From: Octopus vulgaris | Lineage: Eukaryota | Assembly: GCA_951406725.2 (NCBI GenBank) | Contig: OX597821.1 | Location: forward strand, 15,996,001 to 16,060,000 | DNA length: 64,000 nt | Direction of reading: 5' to 3' | Shown: positions 11,355-24,916 of the stretch, in pieces | Numbering within the stretch: the stretch's first letter is position 1 | Layout: each line of letters opens with the position of its first letter | Notes under the pieces: generated by a model | What the model was told of the DNA's origin: nothing | The model's input: the letters and a program-made list of their open reading frames with translations, nothing else | Databases searched by the model: none | Program-made: the position numbers and the translations under genes

Positions 11355-11755
11355 AATTGGTTTCAAATTTTGGCACAATGCTAGCAATTTAAAAAACGGA
11401 GATAGTCGAATACATGTAGCCCGATACTCAAATGGTAGACCTTTTACCGGCTACGAAAGGATGAAAGGCAAAGTCTACCTTGGCGGTATTTGAAATGAAA
11501 ACGTGAAGTCGGAAGAAATCCCGCTAAGCATTTTCTCCGGCGAAGCAACGGTTATGCAAGCTAGCTGTCGTTGAAAGTGGTATACACGATTTGACTTCAA
11601 ATTTTGGCAGAAAGTCAGCAGTTTCGCGAAGGGGTAAAGTCAGTTACATTGACTCCAGTGCTAAACAGTACTCAATATATCGACCCCGAAAAGATAAACT
11701 CAGGATGACCCCTGAATGTCGTTAAGTATTTTGCCAGGCGCGCAAGCTGGGATAA
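11355..11755 (-). mobile_element. Two degenerate family 2 SINE copies
   Basis: cgaaaggatgaaaggcaaagtc..cctYggcgg.atttgaa and atcgaccccgaaa motifs. Confidence 0.6.
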
Positions 11756-14700
11756 CAATAATATAAAAACAGGAAAGTTTTCCTCTAAGTTATGCTCATG
11801 CAAAATAAGGTCCCGACTAATATCATCTGTCAAGTAAGCTGAGGGAAAGGAATTCAGCAAAGAATTGCATCTTCAATATAACTATTATTCCAACTGTCAT
11901 CAGCACTGAATATACGGCAGTACATTTCGTGCCCTGCTTTATTATAAGAATCGGAAACATTTCATTCATAGGTTAAATCCTGCAAAACTTAATTTTATTT
12001 CATCCTTCTCTGTTCGATAAATTAAGTATCAGACAGTACTGTTTCCCTCTCTGAAATGTATAACGTTGTTATGATGAGAATAGTCGCTCTTTGCACACAC
12101 TGCAACAAAGCTAGCTGTGTAGACAGTGGAGATTTAATTCATATATCAGTCACTTTACATATAATGTACCTGCTAACAAATGACAATAAGCAATTTTGAT
12201 TCCGTGCGAATGGAACTTAAAATACTTTAGAATATATATGTAACTCTGGTGATAAACAAACTTCGACCTCTATAAAAAGTTAAATAACAACAACTCCAAC
12301 TAAAAATACAATATTTCTTATTGATACTATTATCATTGATAGTTCTAATAATAAAGGAGATAAGATCCAGGTTATATAACCATGTTACGTTGTTTTCAAT
12401 TGTGTTTCTTAGAGGAATTGATTTTTCATCTGCTATTTTGTAATCTGCTTTAAAAAGCACAATCTCTAGTGACGTTGTTTTAAATCAATTTTAACACTAC
12501 CAATATCGATTGAAAGTTAAAATGAAAGAAAACAAATTAAGCATAACTATTTTTCTAACTACTGAAAGCTTTCAGCAGTGAATCTATATTTGTATGGTAG
12601 ACGTTACTTAATGGATAAAACCAAGTTTTTTTTTCACACATTCAGTTCTATAAGCAAGAGAAAATGCTCATTTGTGTTGACTTTAGCACATTTGTAATGT
12701 TTGAAATAAAATAATTTTTAAACAAAACATAAGTTCATGTATGCTGTGTCTAGACGCCATAATATTTTGGAGTTGAACCTAATCTGCACTCTGAAATTTA
12801 AAATTTCTTTTGGATTCAGTTCTGGTGTTCTTATACTGTAATTCAGAAAAGATCGAAATCGCTAATCTACCTAATTTTATGATAAAGCAAAAGGTTTTAC
12901 TTGGGAAAGGAAAAGAGAACACAAGAAAGCGCAAGTATCTTATCGTAGTCCGCTGACTCTTGTGTGATAACATGTGCATTCTAAAGTTTAACCGGATACG
13001 GCTCAATATTGCCACAATTATGACGATTATAATGATGATGATGAAGATGACATTATGTCGATTATAGTGAAGATGAACAATGACAATGACGACGAATATT
13101 ATTCTGACCTTCATCGGACTTAAACATCACATTCTTTATACATATGTTTAAAGCTAAATATGTAAGAGCTCATGGATAAACGAAGAATCAGAACACTTAA
13201 CAGAAACTTGGCCGCGAAAAAAGATTATTTCATTGAGTGTATAAATATATAGAACTGAATTAAAAGAAACGAAGTTTTTAAGAAATATGATGTAATTGTT
13301 GTTTCATACTAAAGTAATATTTACAAAATCATTTTTGAAGAGATTGAAAATATACTTAATATGTATATTTAAGTGGCGAAAAAATAAACAAAACAAACAT
13401 CTCTGCAAATCGAAACTCTACATATCCCATATATATATTCCTTCCTACTCTCAAAGTCATATTATTTTGGGATATTTCCGATAGAGATAGGGATTTTTAC
13501 AGTTAGTGATTATAATTGATTTTATATATGTGTATTAAGGGGAAACGGTTCATGAGGTGCAGGCTTTCGTTACGTTCTTCCTTAGTTATGTCTGATCGTT
13601 CTGACGAGAAGGGCTCTCATTTTCAAAGATTTTGAACCAAATTTGTATGACATCCGATATATAAGCCTTAAAACGGCTTGTGTCCCTCTAATTCTGCCAA
13701 AGATATAACTTGTTTTTTTCTCTTAGAATCTGATATAATAATCTATTTGCACTACTTCACGTCGGCGTTCCACTCACACTAAGATAAAATACATCACAAG
13801 TACCACTACCTCATAAGCTTTTAGCGGTACAATAATGTCATTATTATATTTTCCAATGTTCATACTACCGTAGTTCACTTTAAATGACAGTAATACAGAT
13901 AAAATGCCCAACAACGTATTTTGTTGTTACAGTGAAAAATATATTACGTCAACAGAGTTGTGTACAGAGATGGTATCGAAAGCAATGACTGTCTAGAGAA
14001 TAAATACTCCAAGTTGAATATCAGCTGCAAGGCTGTCAATGTAACAATATAATAACATCAATAATTTATTGATCTAGGTTTTAAAAATTTATAATTTTAA
14101 TGTATTTCATATAAATTTTTTTACTTTATACAAATTATTATTCAGAAACAAAGCGTAAAGCTTGTAAATAAGAGGACTATATTAAATAATATAAAACAAA
14201 CAGTAATTATTTAATAGATAAATGTAAATATTATTGATGAAAATGAATAGCTTTGTTTCAGTTCATTTGAATTCCCATTCAGCCTCATAATATCCTGATC
14301 GATATCTATAAACACACATTTGATTTCCAGCCACCGCATTTTCAAAACCAATATTTCACAATTTTTCGTTACAACGTAATAGAGTCGCACTTCTCATTTA
14401 TAAACTATCGTCTAAATACATTTGCATATACACACCTAATTACATATATTTATATTCATACGCAGTCACACACATGTGTGTGTATAGTTATGTAAACTGA
14501 TCTTGTATAATATATATACACAAATGACCAGTTAGTTGATTTCCGTTTCATAATAATGTTCTACATTTGTACGGGTAATTGATGTTGAGGGAAATAGCCT
14601 TAGTGTTTTTATAAATATTGTACTCTGAGCAGTCTCATGCACATCAGGCGAAAATTACGAAAGCTAGGGATGATAATTAAAGAGAGATTGACAGAAATGT

Positions 14701-15063
14701 CGGTAGTACGACTGATTCGCGTTGTTTAACTCCACAACCTAATTCGTGCGTGCAGAGGAGTATAAATGGCAAATAACCCCGTCATTCTTTGATCGCAGAC
14801 TGTTGAAACATCTATCAATGAGAAGGGACTCTGTGCAACTCTCTAACGACTCTACATTCGCCTTTTAAGCAGAGTGTCTTCCATTATGTCAAATGCAGTT
14901 CAGATTGTAGTTTAGGGAAACCGAAACTATATCCGCAATTTCATTTGTCGAATACTTGAATATACAGAAGTATATTTTAAAGTGATAAATGAACATAATC
15001 TAGAGCTGTGGATATTCTACGTTTTATAAATGTTTCTAATAGTATTCTCATGCTCACATATAT

Positions 15064-15458
15064 ACTCTTTTACTCTTTTACTTGTTTCAGTCATTTTACT
15101 GCGACCATGCTGGAGCACCGCCTTTAGTCGAGCAATCGACCCCGGGACTTATTCTTTGTAAGCCCAGTACTTATTCTATCGGTCTCTTTTGCCGAACCGC
15201 TAAGTGACGGGAACGTAAACACACCAGCATCGGTTGTCAAGCAATGCTAGTGGGACAAACACATACACACAAACACACACACATACACATATACACGACA
15301 GGCTTCTTTCAGTTTCCGTCTACCAAATTCACTCACAAGGCATTGGTCGGCCCGGGGCTATAGCAGAAGACACTTGCCCAAGATGCCACGCAGTGTGACT
15401 GAACCCGGAACCATGTGGTTGGTTAGCAAGCTACTTACCACACAGCCACTCCTGCGCC
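15064..15458 (-). mobile_element. tRNA-derived SINE family 1, full length
   Basis: Reverse complement of 22693-23084; (AGTAAAAG)n tail; tata on both flanks. Confidence 0.92.
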
Positions 15459-17262
15459 TATATGTTCATAAAATTTATATATTAAGTTAAAGATTACGAC
15501 TACGTCTTCGATTAAGCTGCATACTTTGTGTTGCTGAATGCTTCACATCGGAACATTTTTCATTATGTTAGAAATTTCGATTATGTATTCAGCTTCATAA
15601 AAGAGTAACAGGAGAACTTATATCGTGCCAAGAGAATAATATTAAAATTAACATTAACAAAAGTGAAAGTAATACGTTTTCTTCATAACGTTGTCAATTA
15701 TTTCGTTCAAAGCAGCTATTTAATGTAAAATTCTTCTAAAGATTTGATGTCGATTGAAGCAGAAATATTTATTGGCAATGAAACTATGATACATTTATAT
15801 GAATAAAGACATAACACATCCGAACCTTGATAATAAAAGTTATCTATCACTACTAACCTAATAATATTTAAACTTCACTAATGTGAATTTTTTAACATAG
15901 AAATATAAACTGTTTAACATTTTACTAATAGGCTGTGCATTGCTTTATTTTTTATTTTTTATTATTTCATTCAAACATTATGTCTCGAGGCAACAAAGAT
16001 GTATATTTTAAGGAGATAAGTTACATTGTAAATAAGTTACATTTTAGCTAATGTATTTATCCTTTTAGCATATTTTGTGTGGTTGAAAGATTAATTCACA
16101 AGAGGTATGAATATTGCTAACGGCACTCGCTTGGTATTGCATTTTGACTAATTCACATATATCTTTGCAATAAATAGCTTTGGCGTATCGTAAATATCAA
16201 ACGAATATTGGGAATGAAACACCTCCTAATATGAAAATATAAATATTTATCTATATTCATACACTTTTATAAATATACATACATACAGCCAATGCAGCAA
16301 CACGTATTACATACACACACATATATATGAACTTTTGAAATCTTTATAAGTGAATGCTTTAAAATACAGAAATAAATATATGGAAATTCTTCATTTTATC
16401 ATTTTAAAATACTTGTTTATATTTTGCCAATACCTGTGATAGGCATGTGATGCAGAGATAACATTATAACTAATGGGCTCTACTGTTACCTTCCACCTAT
16501 TCAATAAAGTTGGTTCACCAAACAGCAAATTTACTCAAATTCATACTGTAATAATTTCTTCGGCAGTAATTCTAAATTTTAACAAAGTCAATATATAGCC
16601 ACGTCCAGTATTATAAAAAAAATCAGTAAAGGTCAGCAATAAAATAAAAGTGAATGTAAATTAGCCACTAGTACTTGAGACAGTGAATAAAATTATAAGA
16701 AATAGTACTTGGATTTTAATTATTGTCAACTATTGGCCAGTATCAGGCAAATAAGTGTGCCAGTCAAAAACACATTTGGTATTATTTTCCTGTCCCAGTT
16801 TTGCTTCTTGTCGCGACACACTTTCTAATTCCATTTCATCCTGAAATACTTGACAAAATATGTTGAAGCCAATGTACTGGTTTGAACTGGTTCTTCTAAA
16901 TTTTTGTCTCAACATAGTCTCAGCATCGTTGCAATCGAATGTCAGAAGTCACTAAAAGAATAATGTTATGCATGCTAGCGTGTAGACGTGGTGTAGCCAT
17001 TTAGTTCGTTTTAGTCATTACAGAACATTATTAATATATTTTTCTAAAAATAAATGTAAAGAAAAATTGTCTTTCAGATATAATGTATATTGCCACTCAA
17101 AGAAAAACATGGGCTTCGTTCTATCTTAGATATAAGGCAAATAAACGGCGATAAATCTTTAATTGTCGTTTGAAGATATTTAACTAAATTGCATTATGTG
17201 CATTTAATTTCTTTGCAAATCTGCATACTGCTGCTAATGATCTTACATCATAATCTTGTCAG

Positions 17263-17268
17263 TGGAAT
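17263..17268 (+). other. Candidate 6-nt microexon (TGGAAT)
   Basis: ctaatgatcttacatcataatcttgtCAG|TGGAAT|GTAAGT; upstream ~85 nt free of AG with several TGC motifs. Confidence 0.35.
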
Positions 17269-18218
17269 GTAAGTTGAATATATCGCAAAAAGTTAGTGGG
17301 TGAGACAAATCAGCACACGCCTTTTAAAATAGAAATACTGTATTGTTAAATTATGAATCATAATCTATAGGATTTTAACCCAACTTCTCTAACGGACTGT
17401 ATAATTTATTCAGCAATGTCGCATATATCTCTAAATCTGATTCGAATGTCCTTCAGTGGTTCTATTCATATTGCATTTTGAAAATATTATTCGATTAATA
17501 ATTATCGAAACAGAAAAAAAGAAACTATAGTTCATTCTTTTAGTATCGCACTAGAATAATACTTTAATACAATAAAATTATGTTTTAGACGAATGAGATA
17601 GAAAAAAATATATACAAGAGATTGTCATGGAATATTTTAGTAAATTAGACTCATCAAACATTTATCATCAGTTTTTAAAGATCTGTAAATATTTCTCCCA
17701 ATGCGCATTCTGATTATTGCTTCTTCCTGTATGGTAAAGGTCATTGTTTCAGGGTTTGTAGCCACGCTTCTATTCGCAATATTATGAATATAATTATTTT
17801 TATGATTATAATCACTGACTCATAGATTTCATTCCCAACTGCAAGTTTTGTAATATTTCCGTTTCGATCATATTCAGTGTCAACCGTTACTATTCTCTCG
17901 AGTGCCAGATACACTATATTATAGCAGTTTAATAGTATCAATTTATATATATGCCCTACCCTACCACAAAAAAAGAAAAAAGAAACAAATTTGGTTAGCT
18001 GTAATGAATCCCACGCCAATATTATTGCAATCTTCGAAATATTGCAGAATGAGAGAATCGTTAGAGATTCGAGAAAGGCGTTTAGATATTTAGTCTCAAC
18101 GTTTCCAGTATGATTTCATGTTCTGCCAAGGTCACATATAGCTCGCACACTTCAAGAAATTTATGGCGTTGTGCCTATATTAGAAACAAACATTTTATAT
18201 CTATTATTGGTATTTATG

Positions 18219-18517
18219 TGGAGGCACATGGCCTAGTTGTTAGACAGCGGACTCGCGGTCGAGGGACCACTGGTTCGAATCTCAGATCAGGCGATGTGTG
18301 TGTCTATGAGCAAAACACCTAAACTCCACGCGGCTCCAGCAGAAGGTAATGGCGAACTTCTGCTGACTCTTTCGCCACAACTTTCTCCCACTCTTTCCTC
18401 CTGCATCTTGCAGCTCACCTGCGACGGAACGGCGTTCCATCCAGGTGGGGAACCTATACGCCAAGGAAACCAGAAAACCAGCCCTTATGAGCCAGATGGC
18501 TTGAGAAGGAACAACCA
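18219..18517 (+). mobile_element. tRNA-derived SINE family 3 (V-domain-like centre)
   Basis: A-box tggcctagttg, B-box ggttcgaatc; cctgcgacgga..ccatccagg central motif; ggaaacc..gcccttatgagcc tail. Confidence 0.7.
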
Positions 18518-20772
18518 TTGGTATTTATACTAAGATTAAATATTCACATTTAAAATTTCATTATACTTTGTTAAGTTTTCTCTGTCTTTAAAAGTAAGTG
18601 AATAGGCATTACATTTTATATCGCCGTACATAAAATATATTTCCACTCGGTTGCACGATCCCATGGTAATAGTCAGTCACCCATCTAAAACTGCAACAAA
18701 GTTTGATCAAACTCAGAGCCACATAACTATGAGGCGAATGCCTGTACCTACCCACTGCCGTTGTTGAATTTGTTACTTAATGTATCTTCATTTTTTATTT
18801 ACTAACAAAATAATGGTATCAGTAATCGCAACTTTCACGACTTGTACGATTAGCAAATGTTAGCAATATGACGAATTGTTAAAAATCACCCTACATTATA
18901 TCAAATATCATGCACGGCAATTGCATTTTTAAAAGAAATTAATAGTACTATACACCATCCAGTAATATACGCTGCACTTTGTTACCCGGTATAGATGCCA
19001 ATAACAGAAATCCCCGACTTAAACAGTTTAAATAATATCGAGAAGAGAATGCATGTTCCAGCATAAAAACTTAAACATTTTAATGCGTATTTTATTGTGC
19101 ATACTCTAAAAGCATTTGTAGTTTCTATATAAATTCCGAATTCTGTACCTTTGATTTATTGCTCAGATTGTAATATTTTCTCTTCCGTTCACGATGGTAA
19201 AAATAGATACCTTTAAGATAATGCGAATCACCAACTCATTAACAATTATATCTCCAACTCTACAACATTTAACACTATGAGTGACTAGTCAAATACTATC
19301 CATTATAAATGCTCCAATGAAATGCAGATTTGGTAAAAAAGATAATGACCACTGAATAACTCACTAATATTATTATGTTTGTCTAATTATTTCTATTAGT
19401 TAAATGAAGTGGAAGTAGCTGTTTCCGAAACTCAACAGAATTACGATAAAGTCTTTAAAAACATCTCGTTCAACTTTATTTTTTCCTTCTTCTTCTGTCT
19501 TATTGTGTTTCTCTATTACTAAGAAACAAATACACCCACTCTCTCTCTCTCACTGTCTCTCTCTTTCTTTCTTTCTTTTTCTCTCCTTCCATGCAAGGGA
19601 GACTGAAAATACATGTGTGATATTTCTGGTAGGCCCGGAGGCTTTTGCACTATTATTTTCTTTTCACTACCTTGATTCAACAATTAACAAGAACCACAAT
19701 ATCTACATCGTTGATAACACCGAAAGATATATACCAATGTCAGAACACACTTAAAAACCTAAAGCAATTGGAGGGCAAAATAAATAATAATATATAATAA
19801 AAAGACGTAAAATCGATAACCAGTTGAGCATAGTTAAGCAAGTGAAATGTTATTGCATTATGCTATGATTAGGGCAACGGAATATTTGAGTATTGTCGAC
19901 ACCAATTTCAAGAACAACATATGCAGCAAATGAGAATCTGTGGAAACTTTCATTTACATAATTACATACGCATATTTAGATAAGGGATGAACGTTATTGT
20001 AACTTGCTGTAGAAATAAATTCATGCATGAGTAGACACGCTGTGGAGAACAGTAACATATCCACATGAAATAGCAATCAACACAGTTGCACGTTTTGCCT
20101 CTATCGTAGAAAGCTATTCGAAGAGACATAGAACAGATAGTAGTACCTTCCGTTATCTTGAATCCTGGTTTGATACTCCTACATGTCATAAATTTATAAG
20201 TGCTTTTGGCTGAAGACTTTGGTCAAAACATTTTGAAATTGAAAACATTTAAGATTTCTCAAATTCGCTGTGCTATAAATAACGTATCATCGTTCATGAT
20301 AATTGTCAAATTATTGTACTGAATGGCACATAATGACAATGCCGTGAGCTCTATCAGGGATACCACACAAGTAGGTTTGGATATTTCTCTCAATGAAGTT
20401 AAGAGCGCAAATGTGTGAATGTATTTGCCTCAAAGCAACACAAAAATACAAGCAGATGTATAGAAATTAGGAAAGAATAGAGAAATTCACGATAGTTCAG
20501 GGTTTATCGAAATAATACATAATACTATTGGACTTATAAAACAAGTCTTTTCACTTCATTTAACTCATAAAATTAATTAAGACAAACATTTTATTATTAT
20601 CAATCAGTTGTTCCGCTATATTTCTATAAAAAGTTTCTTTTCCACTGAAGCATTTATAATGTCTTTATTTTTACTCAGAGCGTTAATTGTTGTAGGGTAG
20701 ATGATATAATTGGTCATGACTAGATTTTTAGGTTGTAATTTAAAGCTATCTGATTATTTGTTTTAGCTTTAG

Positions 20773-20820
20773 GGTATCTATTTTATCTCTATCTGTGAAG
20801 TTAAAGAAAATGAATACACG
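20773..20820 (+). other. Candidate 48-nt exon (GIYFISICEVKENEYT)
   Basis: tttgttttagctttAG acceptor, ACG|GTGAGT donor, open in frame 0; alternative acceptors exist. Confidence 0.3.
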
Positions 20821-22049
20821 GTGAGTGTTTAAAACTGGATGAAGTATGCATAAAATTCATTGAAATAGTTTTGTTGCACATGCTCATGCTGGACCACAAT
20901 GGACATAATGTAAATGTAAATGAACCTGTTGAATAGCCAAATCAATGAGATGATTATTTCGTTGATCGGAAGATACCAATATTGCACTCGTCATCGATAC
21001 CAAAGGAGAAGTTCACATTGCAATTCAGACGATGGCTGCTAGTTGTTCAATTTGTGATATTTCTCATAAATACAACCATGACAGATTATGTATGTTATAT
21101 TCAAAGATACTACCGTCTGTAACTATGATAAAGCCTCACAAATGCTATATATATATTGGTATAGTATTTGTCATTTCAACTTTTCTAGATCTTCAGTCTC
21201 TTGTCTTAGTAGCAGTACACTGAGATGATAGACATTTGTAAATACCGCAAATATATATAAAAGATCAACGAGATAGGTATGCTATCCGTTAACGATTAGA
21301 TATTGCCTAAATATCTAAAACTGATATCTGCTCCTAAATTTCTTAGATGTTTGTCTAAAAAGATTCTTTAATCATGCCTTCATATTTTGCTTTTAGTCTT
21401 AAGTGAGGGTTGATCTCATAACTCTATGGTTAAAATATTCTAACTTCAACGTTAGTTTCTTTATTTTGGGCTCATTTTACATGTGTGTATAATGTTAACT
21501 AAAATAAAAACATGTTTAACAGAACAAAATAAGTACGCAAATATTATATACAATAATTGTATATTTCATAGCTATGGGTTTGTGTTGGTCTTTCATACTA
21601 GTGATAAAATTATACATTCTGAAGTCTTAACAGCATATATACAGCAAATAAAAGTAAAAAATATTATATGCATCTAAAGAATTCATCCTACGTAATAATT
21701 CGCATAATGCCACTAACCCTTTCGTAAAGTTATACATAAATCGAGTAAATTGAGATGCGCTATCAAACGCAAACATGGAACATTAAGAAAAATATCCACA
21801 CTTATGGTTTTGATTTCTTCATGACACATTAAAAATATCTATATCAATCATTGATACGGCTTACTCTTAGTCGCAGTGAATCAAACATAATTTCGTAACC
21901 CCTGGGGAGAGGCTGAAATTCACATAATTATTCACAAACCTAAACTTCTAAACAAAGACACAAATACAAGAAAATATATATGCGCGCGTGTGTGTATAAT
22001 CGGACATATATGAATATCTATATTTGTCCTATCTGTGTGTGTGTGTGCG

Positions 22050-22081
<32 letters not shown>

Positions 22082-22692
22082 AATCCATCCACGAACACAA
22101 AAGCACTTATACTACACAAACATATACACCACACAAGCATGTACGCACGCACACATCAAAAACCCGAAGAGAGAAGCGGTTGAAACAGGTTGATTGCTTT
22201 TAGTTTTACTGCTATAATATCCTTGGAAATGTTAATCAATCAGTTTTAAAAATTGCTGAACTTGTAAGGTAACATAATGATCATTTTCATTTATTGTATT
22301 ATTTACATTTATCACCATTATTATCTTTATGGGGGTTTATACACCCTATCAAAAGCAGTGGTGTGTGTTCTTCATATTCACATTGTCTAATAATTTCAGG
22401 ATTAAATATAGTTTTAACTCTGATCCAATATATTATAAGATACTGAATAAGAAGGATAACAAAGTACTGTAAATATATCAACTATTATACACAATACCCG
22501 TTGCTGCCGTAGAAGTGTAACTTTGTACACGATCTGTTACTTCAGTATAAGCATTTCAACTAAGAACACTGCCAAAGCATACACCATATAAATCGTATAT
22601 TTGTTGTACATTATACACCAATTCCAGAAATTTTATTGTCGATCAAAAAATCATAGAAACCCTCTTATTTCCGAATGATTAAAGTTCATATA

Positions 22693-23084
22693 GGCGCAGG
22701 AGTGGCTGTGTGGTAAGTAGCTTGCTAACCAACCACATGGTTCCGGGTTCAGTCCCACTGCGTGGCATCTTGGGCAAGTGTCTTCTGCTATAGCCCCGGG
22801 CCGACCAATGCCTTGTGAGTGGATTTGGTAGACGGAAACTGAAAGAAGCCTGTCGTATATATGTATATATATATGTGTGTGTATGTGTTTGTCCCCCTAG
22901 CATTGCTTGACAACCGATGATGGTGTGTTTACGTCCCCGTCACTTAGCGGTTCGGCAAAAGCGAACGATAGAATAAGTACTGGGCTTACAAATAATAAGT
23001 CCTGGGGTTGATTTGCTCGACTAAAAGGCGGTGCTCCAGAATGGCCGCAGTCAAATGACTGAAACAAGTAAAAAAGTAAAAGAG
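22693..23084 (+). mobile_element. tRNA-derived SINE family 1, full length
   Basis: A-box tggctgtgtgg, B-box-like gggttcagtccc, cttgggcaagt centre, internal TA/TG tract, LINE-like 3' double hairpin and tail. Confidence 0.93.
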
Positions 23085-24342
23085 AGAGAGTGTATAAATG
23101 CAATGACAAGGAGAATTACAAATTATAAACAGAATCCAAGATTAATAATATTGAATCACAGTTATCCTGTTAATTAAAATGTGTTTATGTAAGTCAACGT
23201 AATGTGAACGTTGCTCATCTAATTCTAAAACTACCTCAATTACTATTATGAAGAACTTTAACTATAATACATCAAAAGTAAATGATTTGTGTTACCTTTG
23301 ACATCTATTGTATAGGAATTCCGATGCTTGTGCATATTATCGTACACCCAAGCTCAAGAACAGTTGCGATATTTGTATTCGTGATAAGGAACATACATAC
23401 TTCTTAAACGTTAATGGAAGAGGTATTCGAGCAAAATACAGACTATTTGAATATTGTTACTCTGTGCAAGACCAGGTATATATATCACTTAATTCTAGGT
23501 TCGATAAATTGTCAGAATAAACATGATCATAACTTTCATTAGAAACTGCACTCCCTGCAGGCATTGATACACATATCACAGTTCATATGAGCAAATAATT
23601 ATATATCCCATAATGTATGGCGATTAATGCAGAGAAAAAAACGCGTTACATTGAAAATATTTGTCAGAAGTAGATGTAAGGGCATGTTTTGAATAAACCC
23701 ATCGCTCTAAATTTCCATTAGCTTTCTTATCGTTGCTTTATAAATGAGGTTATCTCTATAGCGAAGGCAGTCATATAGCGGGTAGAAATTCGACGAATAA
23801 GTGCAATATATTGATTCAATGCTGTAGATAAAACACATCTCTATATTATTCACCATCCAACTTCATACTCAGTAATGTTGTACCGTTTCTAATGCAGATG
23901 TAAGTACATCATAATTTGTGTCTGCAATCTTGTATTTTACTCTTTGTGAGCTAGTTCCGATGACATCTAAAATAGAATGAATCTGTTTGGGCTCGGTTTC
24001 AGACCTGTTATATTTATTCTGCCTGGCTTCTATTGGGATGTATCCAGAACATATTTTAGATCAACTAAGAATAATAGAGTTCATGAGTGTGTGTGATTTT
24101 TTTCTACTCTGAAGTGCACGAGAATAGGCGAACTTCAGAATATTGCTGAGTTGTTTGGAAGAATTGTACACACACTAGTACGTCACAAGGATCATGCGGG
24201 TTATATGTGGCGGTAGTAGCTAACCATTTGTCTCACAAATTACAGAATTAAGATTTCGATGTAGTGTGAAGTTCGTGTAATTTGAGATGGTTATGAGATG
24301 CTCCATTTTATGATGTAGTATATACATGTCTGAAAGTCATCT

Positions 24343-24551
24343 AGGAGTGGGTGCTGAAAACATCCTGGCTTTGGGTAAAAGAAAATATTGGCAGATTAGT
24401 TAATTATGATATTATTCAATATATTCACTTCCCACATTCACACACATATTGAAACGGTCCTTCAGTTTTTCTAAGCCTTGTAAAAGAACTGGGAAAGTTG
24501 GGCCTCTAGCCAGGCGTTTCGTGATACCACCAAAGTAGGCACCCCTTCGTT
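24343..24551. mobile_element. Degenerate mariner-like MITE
   Basis: Ends gggtgctgaaaa.. / ..gcaccccttcg are imperfect inverted termini; cctggct/agccagg internal complementarity. Confidence 0.4.
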
Positions 24552-24910
24552 CCTGCTGGAAAATTATGATGTACAACGATGGCTTCTTTGCGATTTTAAT
24601 CTAAATTGCGTGTAATACACAAAGAGAGAAACAAATACTGTCTTCTCAAATCCAAACAATCCCATGGTAATTTAATGATGATATCGCTCAGACATCTAAC
24701 ATTTTGTTTACAACTGAGGAGAAACTTCTCTTAAAATTCATATCCTATTGCTGAATCTAGATCTCCATATCAACTCCTCTCCTTTTTAACTTAACTTTGA
24801 TACCAGTATCATTAACAGTATAGTCAGGAATAAATTATTTAATATCATGTACTTGCTAGTCTTCTCCACAGTATAATATATCTATGATACGATTATTTTT
24901 TCTATTTCAG

Positions 24911-24916
24911 CTGTTG
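24911..24916 (+). other. Candidate 6-nt microexon (CTGTTG)
   Basis: ttattttttctatttCAG|CTGTTG|GTAAGT: near-consensus acceptor and donor 6 nt apart. Confidence 0.45.

Noticed and set aside
18219-18292. tRNA gene
   Set aside because: A and B boxes are present, but it continues into a SINE body; treated as a SINE head, like the family 1 and 2 heads.
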